NCBI GenBank assembly: GCA_030647205.1
Contig: JAUSJO010000002.1
Coordinates: forward strand, 241,112 to 305,111
Direction of reading: 5' to 3'
DNA from: a bacterium
GTDB taxonomy: Bacteria; Patescibacteriota; CPR2; UBA1875; JAJYID01
DNA length: 64,000 nucleotides
The first letter of the stretch is position 1; each line of letters begins with the position of its first letter. Below the pieces are notes generated by a model, which was given only the letters and a program-made list of their open reading frames with translations, was not told where the DNA came from and ran no database searches. Positions 38,036-47,488 of this stretch are shown piece after piece. The position numbers were made by a program, and so were the translations under genes.

Positions 38036-39268
38036 TTACTTGCTTTGGGCATCGAGGAGCTCTTTCTGCTCCGTAACGATACTTGTCAGCAGTTTTTGTG
38101 CCTCATTCTTGATGGGCTGTTTGTTGCTCCTCTGCTTGATTTCGTTGAGCTCTTGGAGACAACCCTGTATGCCCTTCATTTCCTCGCTGATACCGATGCT
38201 CCACAGATCGCCATCTGAAATGGTTTTCTGTGCTGCCTGAACCAGCTCGAAAGCGGCACTCTTGATATCCCGGAGGCGTCTTTCTTCGGGTGTCAGGACA
38301 TTGTTCCGGACCAGACTCTCGACCTTATCGTAGTGATCGGTATCGGTCCAGAAAACGAACCTCGCTAGCGTCAGGTCACCTCTCTCGACCTCGTTGCGAC
38401 CATCGAGCAGTGCTCGGGCCTGCAGGAGTGTCAGTGTACGTTCGAGCCGGCGGTCAGAAATGTAGATCTCGAGATCTTGGGAAACTTTCTCCTTAAGATC
38501 AACGAGACGCTCCATCACCTCTGTCGGCACATAGACCAGTGGCACAGCGTTCTGTAAGGTTCTGATATCAGCGATCTTCATCATGCTCCTATTCGGAACC
38601 TGATTTAGAACCGTATTGCGCCTGTGGGCGAGCTGGGTCTTAAAGACCTTCATCCGATTGGCAGGATCGCTGATCGGCCTGATGTTTGCGCGGATCAGGA
38701 TCCGGTCATGAAAGGCCGCGGCACCGTCGGTGCCATCCGTCTCTGGAAGCTCGTTTGATGCGAAAAACATTGCCATCATATCCGAGGTGTAGAGCTTCTT
38801 GTTCAGCGAATACTTTCGCTCGTTCATCAGCTGGAGGAGAGAGTCTCGAGTTTTCTCGTTACTCTTGTAGATCTCATCCAGAAATGCAAAAAGCGAATTG
38901 CCCAGTGTTGCACCATCGGTGTGGTAGACAGTCCTGAAAGAACTGATACTGCCTTTGGCTTCCTGCTCCGTGCTGACGCTCGAAACGAAGAGGTCTTTCT
39001 CGGTGACCATTGAGTGCATGAGAATCTCAAAGAGCGAAGCTCCCTGAATTCTCTGCGTGATCTGGTTGATGATCATCGATTTTGCTACGCCGGGAGGGCC
39101 GATGAGGAGCATGTGCTCCTTTGCCATGATTGCGATCAGAGCCATTTTGATAATATCCTTACGCTCAAAAACAAAACCCTCAATCTCTCGCCGAACGCCC
39201 TGAAACTGCTGGACTATAGGCATAAGCTTTGTAACATCAACTTTGTTGTCCTTGATCTGCACAGCCAA
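38036..39268 (-). CDS. RavA/MoxR-type AAA+ ATPase
   Basis: GPPGVAKS, FLDEIYK, ASNELPE, DR, ISDRR; likely TTG start 39268 after SD GAAAGGAAGG. Confidence 0.9.
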   Translation of the reverse strand: MAVQIKDNKVDVTKLMPIVQQFQGVRREIEGFVFERKDIIKMALIAIMAKEHMLLIGPPGVAKSMIINQITQRIQGASLFEILMHSMVTEKDLFVSSVSTEQEAKGSISSFRTVYHTDGATLGNSLFAFLDEIYKSNEKTRDSLLQLMNERKYSLNKKLYTSDMMAMFFASNELPETDGTDGAAAFHDRILIRANIRPISDPANRMKVFKTQLAHRRNTVLNQVPNRSMMKIADIRTLQNAVPLVYVPTEVMERLVDLKEKVSQDLEIYISDRRLERTLTLLQARALLDGRNEVERGDLTLARFVFWTDTDHYDKVESLVRNNVLTPEERRLRDIKSAAFELVQAAQKTISDGDLWSIGISEEMKGIQGCLQELNEIKQRSNKQPIKNEAQKLLTSIVTEQKELLDAQSK

Positions 39269-39364
39269 TGTAATCCCTTCCTTTCGTGGTAGTAAAACCT
39301 TTTTTATTTGACTATATATGAACACCCTAACCAAAGGTTAGTGTAACCTAGGGGGGAATTATTT

Positions 39365-39393
39365 ATTGTAATATAAATAAACAAAATTGTCAA
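39365..39393 (-). promoter_or_regulatory. Sigma70 promoter of the AAA-VWA operon
   Basis: TTGACA-17-TACAAT. Confidence 0.65.
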
Positions 39394-39583
39394 TCATTTC
39401 TTATGGTTTAGATGTTTTTGCTGGTTATTTTGGATTAAGCCGCCTTCTAGTTTCAAAAATAGCCTTAGGATTATCTCTTTTCTTTATCAAAATAACTATT
39501 GCCAAGGCTTTCTTATTTATATAAAATTGACTGGTAAATACTAATAAATGACTGCTCGGTAAAAGAGCAGGGAAGGAGAAGAC

Positions 39584-39778
39584 ATGACAGAAGAAATGAT
39601 CAAATTCATCGGTCCTGATGAAGACGAAGAAGAAACAATGGTAGGCGGCGACGATACTGCTGCTGATGATACAGCAACTGACGACGAAGATGCTGCAGGT
39701 GACGATGTTGCTGCTGATGATACAGCAACTGACGACGACGCTGAAGAAGACGCAGAAGAAGAAACTGAAGAAGCGTAA
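39584..39778 (+). CDS. Small hyper-acidic protein with an internal repeat
   Basis: SD AAGGAG; about half Asp/Glu; 30-nt repeat at 39658 and 39709; terminator 39862..39888. Confidence 0.7.
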   Translation: MTEEMIKFIGPDEDEEETMVGGDDTAADDTATDDEDAAGDDVAADDTATDDDAEEDAEEETEEA

Positions 39779-39938
39779 TTTTTTCTCAAAAAAGTTTTAG
39801 CTTCTCGGCTCGGATATGAAAAAGATTACTCTTTCATATCGCCCGCTCTACGTTGCTAATAAAAAATGGCCTTCGGGGCCATTTTTTAATTGGTAGCACA
39901 TCTCGCATGAAAATGTCTTTTCTGATAATATTACATAT

Positions 39939-40949
39939 ATGAGAGCTCGAAATATTTTTTTCATCGTAACTACACTTATATTTTTAGCGTTAGTTGCTTT
40001 AGGTTTTAAGGAAATAAGGATGGTTTTCGGTTTCCTGAAAGAGGGGAAGTGGTACTTTCTGATCTTAGCCTTTATTTTGCAAATTCTATATTTTTCTTTC
40101 CAGTCGGAAATCAGGAGATCTTTATATAGTATTCTAGGGATTCATGAGAAGTTTTGGGATATGTTGAAAATGACATTTTCAGCAATGTTCTTAGGCACCG
40201 CTATCCCATCATTGCACATGTCGGCAATGGCTCTCTTTATGAGTGAGGCAAAAGCTAAAAAATATAGCCAGTCGAAGGCGCTTGTAGCAAGTTTGACCTT
40301 TATTCTTTTTGATTTCTTGGGGTTTTTCTTCTTTCTCATTTTGGCGCTTGTCTTACTTTTCAAAATAGGAGACCTGAATAAGTTTCAGATTTTTGGTGCG
40401 GTCTCTCTCGTTGCGATTATCAGTGCCACAGCGGCCGCTTTGGTATATACCCTTAAAAAAGAAAGCCATGTTCACTGGGTTTTGGGGAAAGTATCAAGGC
40501 TTATACCGAAGAAAAAAAGACGTGAGTGGATGCCCCAGACGGAGATAGATCTAATAGCTAAAGAAGCGATAGAGGCAAAGACTTTTTATTCAAAGAAAAA
40601 ATACAATCTTTGGCTTCCTCTTGCCATGTCTCTTTTGACACAGACATCAGGAGCATTAACGCTGATGGCCTGTTTTTTGGCTTTTGGTGTACCATTCACA
40701 TTCACTGTAATCATGGTTGTCTACGCGATGGCCATGCTTTTTCAGATGGTCGCCATTACTCCTTACGGGATAGGAACCGCTGAAGTAGCCTTAACCGTTA
40801 CTTTGACCAGTGTGGGGATAGATGCAGGAACTTCGATATTGATTATGATGACATTTCGTTTCTTTACCTTTTGGTTACCAATGACCACGGGGTACATTAG
40901 TACCAAAAGACTTAGTTTTATGAGGGGTAAGAAGCTGAACTCGCTTTAG
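39939..40949 (+). CDS. Lysylphosphatidylglycerol synthase TM / flippase-like (UPF0104)
   Basis: Multi-TM; ITPYGIGTAE..FRFFTFWLP. Confidence 0.85.
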   Translation: MRARNIFFIVTTLIFLALVALGFKEIRMVFGFLKEGKWYFLILAFILQILYFSFQSEIRRSLYSILGIHEKFWDMLKMTFSAMFLGTAIPSLHMSAMALFMSEAKAKKYSQSKALVASLTFILFDFLGFFFFLILALVLLFKIGDLNKFQIFGAVSLVAIISATAAALVYTLKKESHVHWVLGKVSRLIPKKKRREWMPQTEIDLIAKEAIEAKTFYSKKKYNLWLPLAMSLLTQTSGALTLMACFLAFGVPFTFTVIMVVYAMAMLFQMVAITPYGIGTAEVALTVTLTSVGIDAGTSILIMMTFRFFTFWLPMTTGYISTKRLSFMRGKKLNSL

Positions 40950-41646
40950 TTTGAGCCTTTATCATTTTTTTGTATCTCTTGCTCAGGTAGGACATCTTGA
41001 AGAGTTGCCAGAAAAATTCATAGAATGGGATTACTCTAAAGATATTAAAGATCATAGAGTAATCTTCCAGTGTTCCCTTGACGAGGCTGGTTTTTTCTCT
41101 TTTACGAATTGCATGGCTTTTCGTCATGACAGAAATAAAGGTTTTTCCTCTTTTTAGGAGAGATTTGTTCATTAAGACCTCAAGACCGTAGCTAACGTGA
41201 GATTTACTCCAAATGTAGGGGTCATCAAGCAAATCTTTTCTCATTCCTCTTTCTCCACTTATGAAGTCGATACCGAAAAGTTTAAAAAGCAAAAGTGAAT
41301 TTTCTCTTGTGCTCAAAGTGAAGTCTACTTGACCGGTCAAAACAGGAGAGGCTAAGTTAGTAATATCCGTTGCCACCAGATCTCTTAGGTCAGCGTCTAT
41401 CAAGAGCACAACATCATTTTTTGCCAGAGAAATACCTTTTTTGATAGCTTTGGTCTTCCCGATTGACCGGGCATCTTCGTGCACGTTAACGCCATATGAG
41501 CGGGCAACATCCACTGTATTGTCGGTGCAACCATTACACATAGCTATGACTTCATCTACCAAAGGATGTTTGGTGACGACATCAAGGACGCTTCCTATTC
41601 TTGGCCCCTCGTTCTTTGCAGCTATTATAACGCTAACTTTATTCAT
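40918..41646 (-). CDS. Glycosyltransferase family 2
   Basis: VSVIIAAKNE, GCTDNT, GKTKA, LIDAD. Confidence 0.9.
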   Translation of the reverse strand: MNKVSVIIAAKNEGPRIGSVLDVVTKHPLVDEVIAMCNGCTDNTVDVARSYGVNVHEDARSIGKTKAIKKGISLAKNDVVLLIDADLRDLVATDITNLASPVLTGQVDFTLSTRENSLLLFKLFGIDFISGERGMRKDLLDDPYIWSKSHVSYGLEVLMNKSLLKRGKTFISVMTKSHAIRKREKTSLVKGTLEDYSMIFNIFRVIPFYEFFWQLFKMSYLSKRYKKMIKAQTKASSASYPS

Positions 41647-41747
41647 AAATTGTTTTTAGAAATTTTACTAATTATAGACCCTAAATCGTAGTATTACAAT
41701 TTTTTTGCTGTTTGGGAAACAGGTAAAAAAGTGGTAAAATGGAATAT

Positions 41748-43082
41748 ATGAGGATAGCTATATTTACGGATACTTATAAGCCGCAAACAGATGGAATAAT
41801 AACAAGCATTATTCAGTTTTCTGGTATTTTGGCCGACGAGGGGCACGAGATTATGATTTTTTGCCCTAAATATAAAAAGAATGATGTTGATCCCAAGCAT
41901 AAAAATATTACGATCAAGAGATACTACTCTGTCAGCTTTGTTAACTACAAACATGCCAGGGTAGCCTTGCCGTCTCTCATAACCATGTTGAAGGACTTAA
42001 GGAAGTTTAAACCGGATGTTGTGCATGTCCAGACCCCTCTAATTATTGGTATAGTTTCTCTTTTTGCGGCAAAAATATTGAGGCTAAAAAATATCCAAAC
42101 ATACCACAGCTATATACCCGACTTCATGGTTTACGTAAAGCCAAAGACTTTGCCTGGAATGCAAAAGTTTATAGGCCAAGTGAGGGGTAACGGAAGTATC
42201 GGGAGTATAAAAAAAGCATTGAGATCAGAGATAGTAGAAGATAAAGGTAGTAAGTTCATTGGCTTTAAGTTGGTTGATAAGATCGGTGACCTTTCAGAAG
42301 AAGTCAGTAAAGGCGATCAGAAGATGGCGGACAAAATTGCATGGGAGTTGACCAGAAAAGTTTACAATAGGGCGAATCTTGTTCTGACGCCAACCAATGC
42401 ACTGAAAAAGGAAATAGAGAAGCATGGGGTTAAAAAGAGGATTGAGGTTTTGAGTAATGGCATAGACCTTGATTATTTTAAAAAGAAAAACGATTATGTT
42501 CCTCGAAAAAATCTAATTCATGTAGGAAGGATAGGATTTGAGAAAAATGTAGAGGTTGTTATCAAGGCTATCTCTATAGCAGCCAAGGATATGCCGGGTA
42601 TAAAACTGGATATAGTCGGGACCGGGCCTGCGGAGAAAAAACTAAATGAGATTGTTAACGCTTTAGGTGTTAAAAAGAATGTTAGATTTTTGGGTTTTAT
42701 ACCTAGAGAAAAGCTAAAGGATTTGTACTGTAAATACGATGCATTTATTACTGCCAGTACAATGGAAACTCAAGGTTTGGTGATTTTGGAGGCTATGTCA
42801 GCCGGGCTACCGGCTATTGGCGTAGACAAGCTAGCTGTTCCGGATATGATTAAACACGAGGTAAACGGATATATTTCCAAGCCTTACAATGAAAAGGAAA
42901 TGGCAAAAAATATTTTGAAGTTGTATAGGGATCCGTCAAGACTTCAATCTTTTGGGGAGCAATCTCTAGAACTTGCCAAAAAACATGATGTGAAAAAATG
43001 TGCCGAAAAGTTACTAGAGTATTATAAAGAATATGCAAAAAGGAGGACTCATGCCAGAGCCAAAGCTGTCAAAGTCAAGTAA
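41748..43082 (+). CDS. Glycosyltransferase family 4 (glycolipid synthase-like)
   Basis: MRIAIFTDTYKPQTDG, VGRIGFEKN, ETQGLVILEAM. Confidence 0.92.
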   Translation: MRIAIFTDTYKPQTDGIITSIIQFSGILADEGHEIMIFCPKYKKNDVDPKHKNITIKRYYSVSFVNYKHARVALPSLITMLKDLRKFKPDVVHVQTPLIIGIVSLFAAKILRLKNIQTYHSYIPDFMVYVKPKTLPGMQKFIGQVRGNGSIGSIKKALRSEIVEDKGSKFIGFKLVDKIGDLSEEVSKGDQKMADKIAWELTRKVYNRANLVLTPTNALKKEIEKHGVKKRIEVLSNGIDLDYFKKKNDYVPRKNLIHVGRIGFEKNVEVVIKAISIAAKDMPGIKLDIVGTGPAEKKLNEIVNALGVKKNVRFLGFIPREKLKDLYCKYDAFITASTMETQGLVILEAMSAGLPAIGVDKLAVPDMIKHEVNGYISKPYNEKEMAKNILKLYRDPSRLQSFGEQSLELAKKHDVKKCAEKLLEYYKEYAKRRTHARAKAVKVK

Positions 43083-43479
43083 TGGTGAACCGATGCACTT
43101 TTCAGTGGGCGCGCTTATTGAAAAAGATGGAAAGTATTTGCTTATCGAGAGGGCGAAGCCGCCTCTAGGGTTTGCCCTTGTAGCCGGGCACGTGGATGAA
43201 GGCGAAGAACCGGAGGTTGCTTTGAAAAGAGAAGTAAAAGAAGAGAGCGGGCTTGATCTCGAGAGCTTCGAACTGATAACCGAAGGGGAGCTGGATGATA
43301 CTTGCCGAAGAGGAATAGCCGTACATTATTGGCACCTATATAAGTGCGAAGTGAGCGGCGAGATAGTCCACAATGATGAAGAAACGTTGTCTATTGGTTG
43401 GTATACGAAAGAAGAAATGCAGGATTTAGACTTTGAGCCAGCCTGTGACTTTTGGCTTAAAAAATTAAAACTAATTTAG
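43051..43479 (+). CDS. Nudix hydrolase
   Basis: AGHVDEGEEPEVALKREVKEESGL. Confidence 0.88.
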   Translation: MPEPKLSKSSNGEPMHFSVGALIEKDGKYLLIERAKPPLGFALVAGHVDEGEEPEVALKREVKEESGLDLESFELITEGELDDTCRRGIAVHYWHLYKCEVSGEIVHNDEETLSIGWYTKEEMQDLDFEPACDFWLKKLKLI

Positions 43480-43489
43480 GAAATATATT

Positions 43490-43819
43490 ATGGATTTCAA
43501 AGAGTATCAGGAAAAATCTGTAGAAACAGTTGTCGATTTAGGGGAGAGAGACAACCTGATTCATTTTACTTTTGGTCTTGCCGGTGAAGTGGGTGAAGTG
43601 ACTGAAAAAATTAAAAAAGTACATCGTGACAAGGGCTTTGAGTTTGACGATGACGACAAAAAATATCTGGAAAAAGAGTTAGGCGATGTTTTGTGGTATA
43701 CATCACAGCTTGCGACAGCTTTAAGCCTTTCACTCAATGAAATTGCAGAGAAAAATACGGCGAAACTACAATCTAGAAAAACCCGAGGCAAACTTCTCGG
43801 AAGCGGGGATGATAGATGA
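43490..43819 (+). CDS. MazG-like nucleotide pyrophosphohydrolase
   Basis: GLAGEVGEV..KELGDVLWY..N..KL..R..GSGDDR. Confidence 0.9.
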   Translation: MDFKEYQEKSVETVVDLGERDNLIHFTFGLAGEVGEVTEKIKKVHRDKGFEFDDDDKKYLEKELGDVLWYTSQLATALSLSLNEIAEKNTAKLQSRKTRGKLLGSGDDR

Positions 43820-44322
43820 GTAAAATCATTGTTGTCGATGAAAATGATAATGAGATTGGGGTAAAGGAGCGGAGTGAGATCTGCTCGGATGATATTTATC
43901 GTGTCTCGGGGCTCTGGTTGACTAACAGTAAAGGCGAAATTCTCTTAGCCCAGAGATCATTTAATAAAAAGACAGAGCCGGGGAAATGGGGACCCGCTGT
44001 TAATGGAACCGTAGAAGAAGGCGAAACTTATGAGACCAACATAGAAAAAGAGATTGAAGAGGAAATTGGTTTAACGGGACTTGAGCTTCAAAAAAGCCCC
44101 AAGCATTTTAGGGATAAAGTGACCAGAAAATATTTTACTCAGTTATTTTTAGGAACTTGCGATGTGCCGGCTGAACAAATGAAAATTCAAAAAGAAGAGG
44201 TTGAACAAGTAAAGTGGTTTTCGAAAGAAGAAATAAGGGAAAGTTTCCAAAAAAATCCTGACGAATTTTGCTCGAGTATGAGGGCGAGATTTAAAGAGAT
44301 GGGAGTTTTAGATAAAAGCTAA
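43816..44322 (+). CDS. Nudix hydrolase (IDI/YfcD-like)
   Basis: VVDEND, ILLAQRS..K..PGKW, GTVEEGETY...KEIEEEIGL, QKEEV. Confidence 0.85.
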   Translation: MSKIIVVDENDNEIGVKERSEICSDDIYRVSGLWLTNSKGEILLAQRSFNKKTEPGKWGPAVNGTVEEGETYETNIEKEIEEEIGLTGLELQKSPKHFRDKVTRKYFTQLFLGTCDVPAEQMKIQKEEVEQVKWFSKEEIRESFQKNPDEFCSSMRARFKEMGVLDKS

Positions 44323-44366
44323 CGACATAAGGTGGCTAGAAATGAAGTTTTTATAGAAAGGTAAAA

Positions 44367-45233
44367 ATGAAAGAATTTTCAAACATTTCAGAAAATAAAG
44401 ATGTAGCAGAGCAACCTCTAGAGGTTGAGATTAGTTCTGGTGATACAAAGGTTGCTGTTTGCCCAGAAGTGGGAGGGATGGTTACCCGTTTTTCCATCGG
44501 AAATCAGGAAATATTATACTTTGATCAAGATTCTCTAACAGAGGAAGCAGTTACAGAGAAGAGGAAGCCAAAACTTGGTGTCCCTTTCCTTTTCCCAATT
44601 AGTGGGCCAGACCTTAAAGACGGTATTTTAAGACAACACGGAGGAGCAAGAGAGGTACCTTGGGTTTGGCAGGATCAAAATGAAGATAGTGTAGAAGTAT
44701 CATTGAAGCCAAAAAATATTAAAAATGAACAGCTACTCTCTGAATACAGAAAAAAATATGGTAATAATTTTGATTTTACTTCTGATGTAAAGATTAGCGT
44801 TAGCGGAAAATCAATGCAATACAGTATGGAGTTTCAAAACATGGGCGACAAAGATTTGCCAATGTCACCTGGTTTGCACCCATATTTTGGTGTTGATCAT
44901 GATAAACAAGGTGAGATAGAAACAAACTTGGGGGATATTGATTTTGGCAGTCGCGACTGGGATGAAGGTGCCGTTATATGCGACAGACCTGTGGGGGAAG
45001 ATGCTTGGTTTACGCTTCCAGGTGTCGGCAAGGTTACAATAGAATCAAGCCCTGAGTTCGAGAAATTTGTTGTCTGGTCCAAGAAAAGGGAGGATAATAC
45101 TGGTTTAAATGAGAATTATATTTGCATTGAACCGTGGGTAAGCACTCCTGATGAAGAGAGTGGGATAGTGCTGGATCCCATGGAAAAGAAAAAACTATCT
45201 GTTAAATTTAGTATCTCTGAGCTAGAGGGGTAG
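44367..45233 (+). CDS. Aldose 1-epimerase family protein
   Basis: GVPFLFP, QHGGAR, GLHPYF, ICIEPW. Confidence 0.87.
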   Translation: MKEFSNISENKDVAEQPLEVEISSGDTKVAVCPEVGGMVTRFSIGNQEILYFDQDSLTEEAVTEKRKPKLGVPFLFPISGPDLKDGILRQHGGAREVPWVWQDQNEDSVEVSLKPKNIKNEQLLSEYRKKYGNNFDFTSDVKISVSGKSMQYSMEFQNMGDKDLPMSPGLHPYFGVDHDKQGEIETNLGDIDFGSRDWDEGAVICDRPVGEDAWFTLPGVGKVTIESSPEFEKFVVWSKKREDNTGLNENYICIEPWVSTPDEESGIVLDPMEKKKLSVKFSISELEG

Positions 45234-45240
45234 AGAATCT

Positions 45241-45699
45241 TTATTTAGTTTTTTCTCTTAAGTCTCTTGAGATATCTCTGCTGATGTCTTTTCTTTTTAT
45301 TTGGTCGCGTTTGTCGTGGAGTTTTTTGCCTTTGCCAAGACCGACTTCTACTTTTACAAATCCGCGTTTTAGATAAATCTTAGTTGGGATAAGTGTCAGC
45401 CCTTGAGTCTTCGCCTTGCCGATGAGAGAACTAATTTCAGATTTTTTAAGCAGCAGTTTTCGTGAACGGGTTGGCTCTTGCTCGATATTCGCCGCATTTT
45501 TATATGGTGAAATATGGGCATTTGTTAAAAACACTTCCTCACCTTTAACGGTGGCAAATGCTTCTTTTATCGAAACCTGTCCTGCTTTGGCTGACTTTAC
45601 CTCAGGACCGGTCAGAACTATGCCGGCCTCAAATGTCTCCAGTATTTCGTAGTCAAACCGGGCTTTTTTGTTTGTTGCTATCACTTTCATATTCGCCAT
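45241..45699 (-). CDS. smpB: SsrA-binding protein
   Basis: NKKARFDY, EAGIVLTGPEVKS, RSRKLLL, GKGKKLHDKR. Confidence 0.96.
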   Translation of the reverse strand: MANMKVIATNKKARFDYEILETFEAGIVLTGPEVKSAKAGQVSIKEAFATVKGEEVFLTNAHISPYKNAANIEQEPTRSRKLLLKKSEISSLIGKAKTQGLTLIPTKIYLKRGFVKVEVGLGKGKKLHDKRDQIKRKDISRDISRDLREKTK

Positions 45700-45722
45700 T
45701 CTTACATTATACTATATGGGTG

Positions 45723-47453
45723 ATGAATGAAGAATTGAAAAAAGCTATTTGTGAGGCGGTAAAAGCACAGCAGGAAGGTTGCAAGTGCGATTTCTCTATT
45801 CCGGAAGTTGAGCTCGAGCATCCATCAAATAATAAATTCGGCGATCTTTCTACAAATATTGCTATGAAAATCGGCAAGCAGCAAGGTGAAAATCCCTTCA
45901 CGATTGCTGAGAATTTAGTGAAGCAGTTTGATTCTGGTCTGGGCCAGAATGACGTAAAAGGTATGATTAAGAAGATTGAGGCGGTAAAGCCGGGATTTAT
46001 AAACTTTTATCTAAGCAATGATTTTTTTGCAGCAAATATTAAAGAAATTCTGGCCAAGAAAGATAGTTTCGGGAAAAGCGATATTGGGAAAGACCAAGTA
46101 GTGGTTCTTGACTATTCTCATCCCAACATTGCAAAGCCGATTGGTGTGCATCACCTGATAACCACTCTTATCGGCGAGTCTATCAAGAGAACTTACGGAT
46201 TTATTGGGGCTAAGACGATTGCTGATAATTTTCTTGGCGACTGGGGGACGCAGTTTGGTAAAACAATCTATGCATTCAAAGAGTGGGGCGATAGAAAAGA
46301 GGTTGAAAAAGACCCGATCAATGAACTTTTGAAGCTATATGTGCGGTTTCACGAAGAAGCTGACAAAAGTCCGGAACTTGATGAAAAGGGCAGGGAAGAG
46401 TTCAAGAAACTAGAAGAAGGGGATAAGGAAAATACAGAGCTTTGGAAATGGATGCGCGAAGAAAGTATCAAAGAACTTAAAAGTGTTTATAAAAGGCTGG
46501 ATGTCAGTTTTGACTACTACAATGGTGAAGCTTTTTATAATGATAAAACAGGTCAGATTATTGATGCGCTAGATAAAAAAGGAATTTTAGAAACTGGTGA
46601 GGGCGGTGCGAAGATTGTCGATCTGGAAAAGGACGACCTGAGGATTGCATTAATCCAAAAGGGAGACGGAGCTACGCTTTATCTAACGAGAGACTTGGCG
46701 GCGATAAAGTATAGAACAGAGAACTTTAAACCGACTCAGATACTGTATGTTGTTGAAAATGCTCAAGGGCTGCACCTGGCACAGGCATTTAAGATCGCTG
46801 AGATGGCAGATCTAAAAAATGACACGGAGCTTGTCCATGTGAAGTTTGGTTCGATGAGATTTCCTGAAGGGAGGATGAGTACTCGAAAGGGCAAGGTTGT
46901 CTTCTTGTGGGATGTTTTAGAGAAGGCAAAAGAAAAAGCATTGAAAATAGTTGAGGAAAAGAACCCTGATCTGGAAAATAAAGCAGAGGTTGCCGAGATA
47001 GTCGGTGTCGGAGCGGTAAAGTATGCCATCCTTTCACACAACCGCGTAACAGACATTTCGTTTACTTGGGAGAAGATTCTCTCACTTGATGGAAACAGCG
47101 CGCCATACCTCATGTATACATATGCAAGGGCGAAGTCTATATTGAGAAAGGCTGGGGAAGCTCCAAAAGATTTCAAAATTCAGAGCCTTGAAAAAGAAGA
47201 GGAAAGTCTTTTGAAAAAGATTTACCAGTTTTCAGAGATCGTTGAAGTGGCTGCTAGAGAGTATGCGCCAAGCCACATAGCCACATATGCGTATGAACTG
47301 GCTCAGGACTTTAACACTTTTTACAATAAAGTGCCGGTTCTGAATGCGGACAAAGATTTAAAAGAATTTCGGTTAGCACTTGTCTCGGCGACATCTCAAA
47401 TAATAAAAAACAGCATGAATCTTTTAAGTATTGACCTACCTAAGAAGATGTAA
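45723..47453 (+). CDS. argS: Arginine-tRNA ligase
   Basis: FGDLSTN, PGFINF, DYSHPNIAKPIGVHH, GDWGTQFG, MSTRKG, GNSAPYLMY. Confidence 0.96.
   Translation: MNEELKKAICEAVKAQQEGCKCDFSIPEVELEHPSNNKFGDLSTNIAMKIGKQQGENPFTIAENLVKQFDSGLGQNDVKGMIKKIEAVKPGFINFYLSNDFFAANIKEILAKKDSFGKSDIGKDQVVVLDYSHPNIAKPIGVHHLITTLIGESIKRTYGFIGAKTIADNFLGDWGTQFGKTIYAFKEWGDRKEVEKDPINELLKLYVRFHEEADKSPELDEKGREEFKKLEEGDKENTELWKWMREESIKELKSVYKRLDVSFDYYNGEAFYNDKTGQIIDALDKKGILETGEGGAKIVDLEKDDLRIALIQKGDGATLYLTRDLAAIKYRTENFKPTQILYVVENAQGLHLAQAFKIAEMADLKNDTELVHVKFGSMRFPEGRMSTRKGKVVFLWDVLEKAKEKALKIVEEKNPDLENKAEVAEIVGVGAVKYAILSHNRVTDISFTWEKILSLDGNSAPYLMYTYARAKSILRKAGEAPKDFKIQSLEKEEESLLKKIYQFSEIVEVAAREYAPSHIATYAYELAQDFNTFYNKVPVLNADKDLKEFRLALVSATSQIIKNSMNLLSIDLPKKM
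45930..45954 (-). repeat. CGTCAT-tagged hairpin in frame in argS
   Basis: Minus strand CGTCATTCTGGCCCAGACCAGAATC, similar to the free unit at 25425. Confidence 0.7.
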
Positions 47454-47488
47454 GATAATTCTAGGCTCATACTTAAAACATAAGTGTA

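Noticed and set aside
39658-39738. 30-nt direct repeat as a mini-CRISPR
   Set aside because: Only two copies, in frame within a low-complexity coding region
42120-42330. Extra segment in the GT4 protein as another palindromic insertion
   Set aside because: No inverted repeat is visible in the DNA; more likely a membrane-binding helical insert
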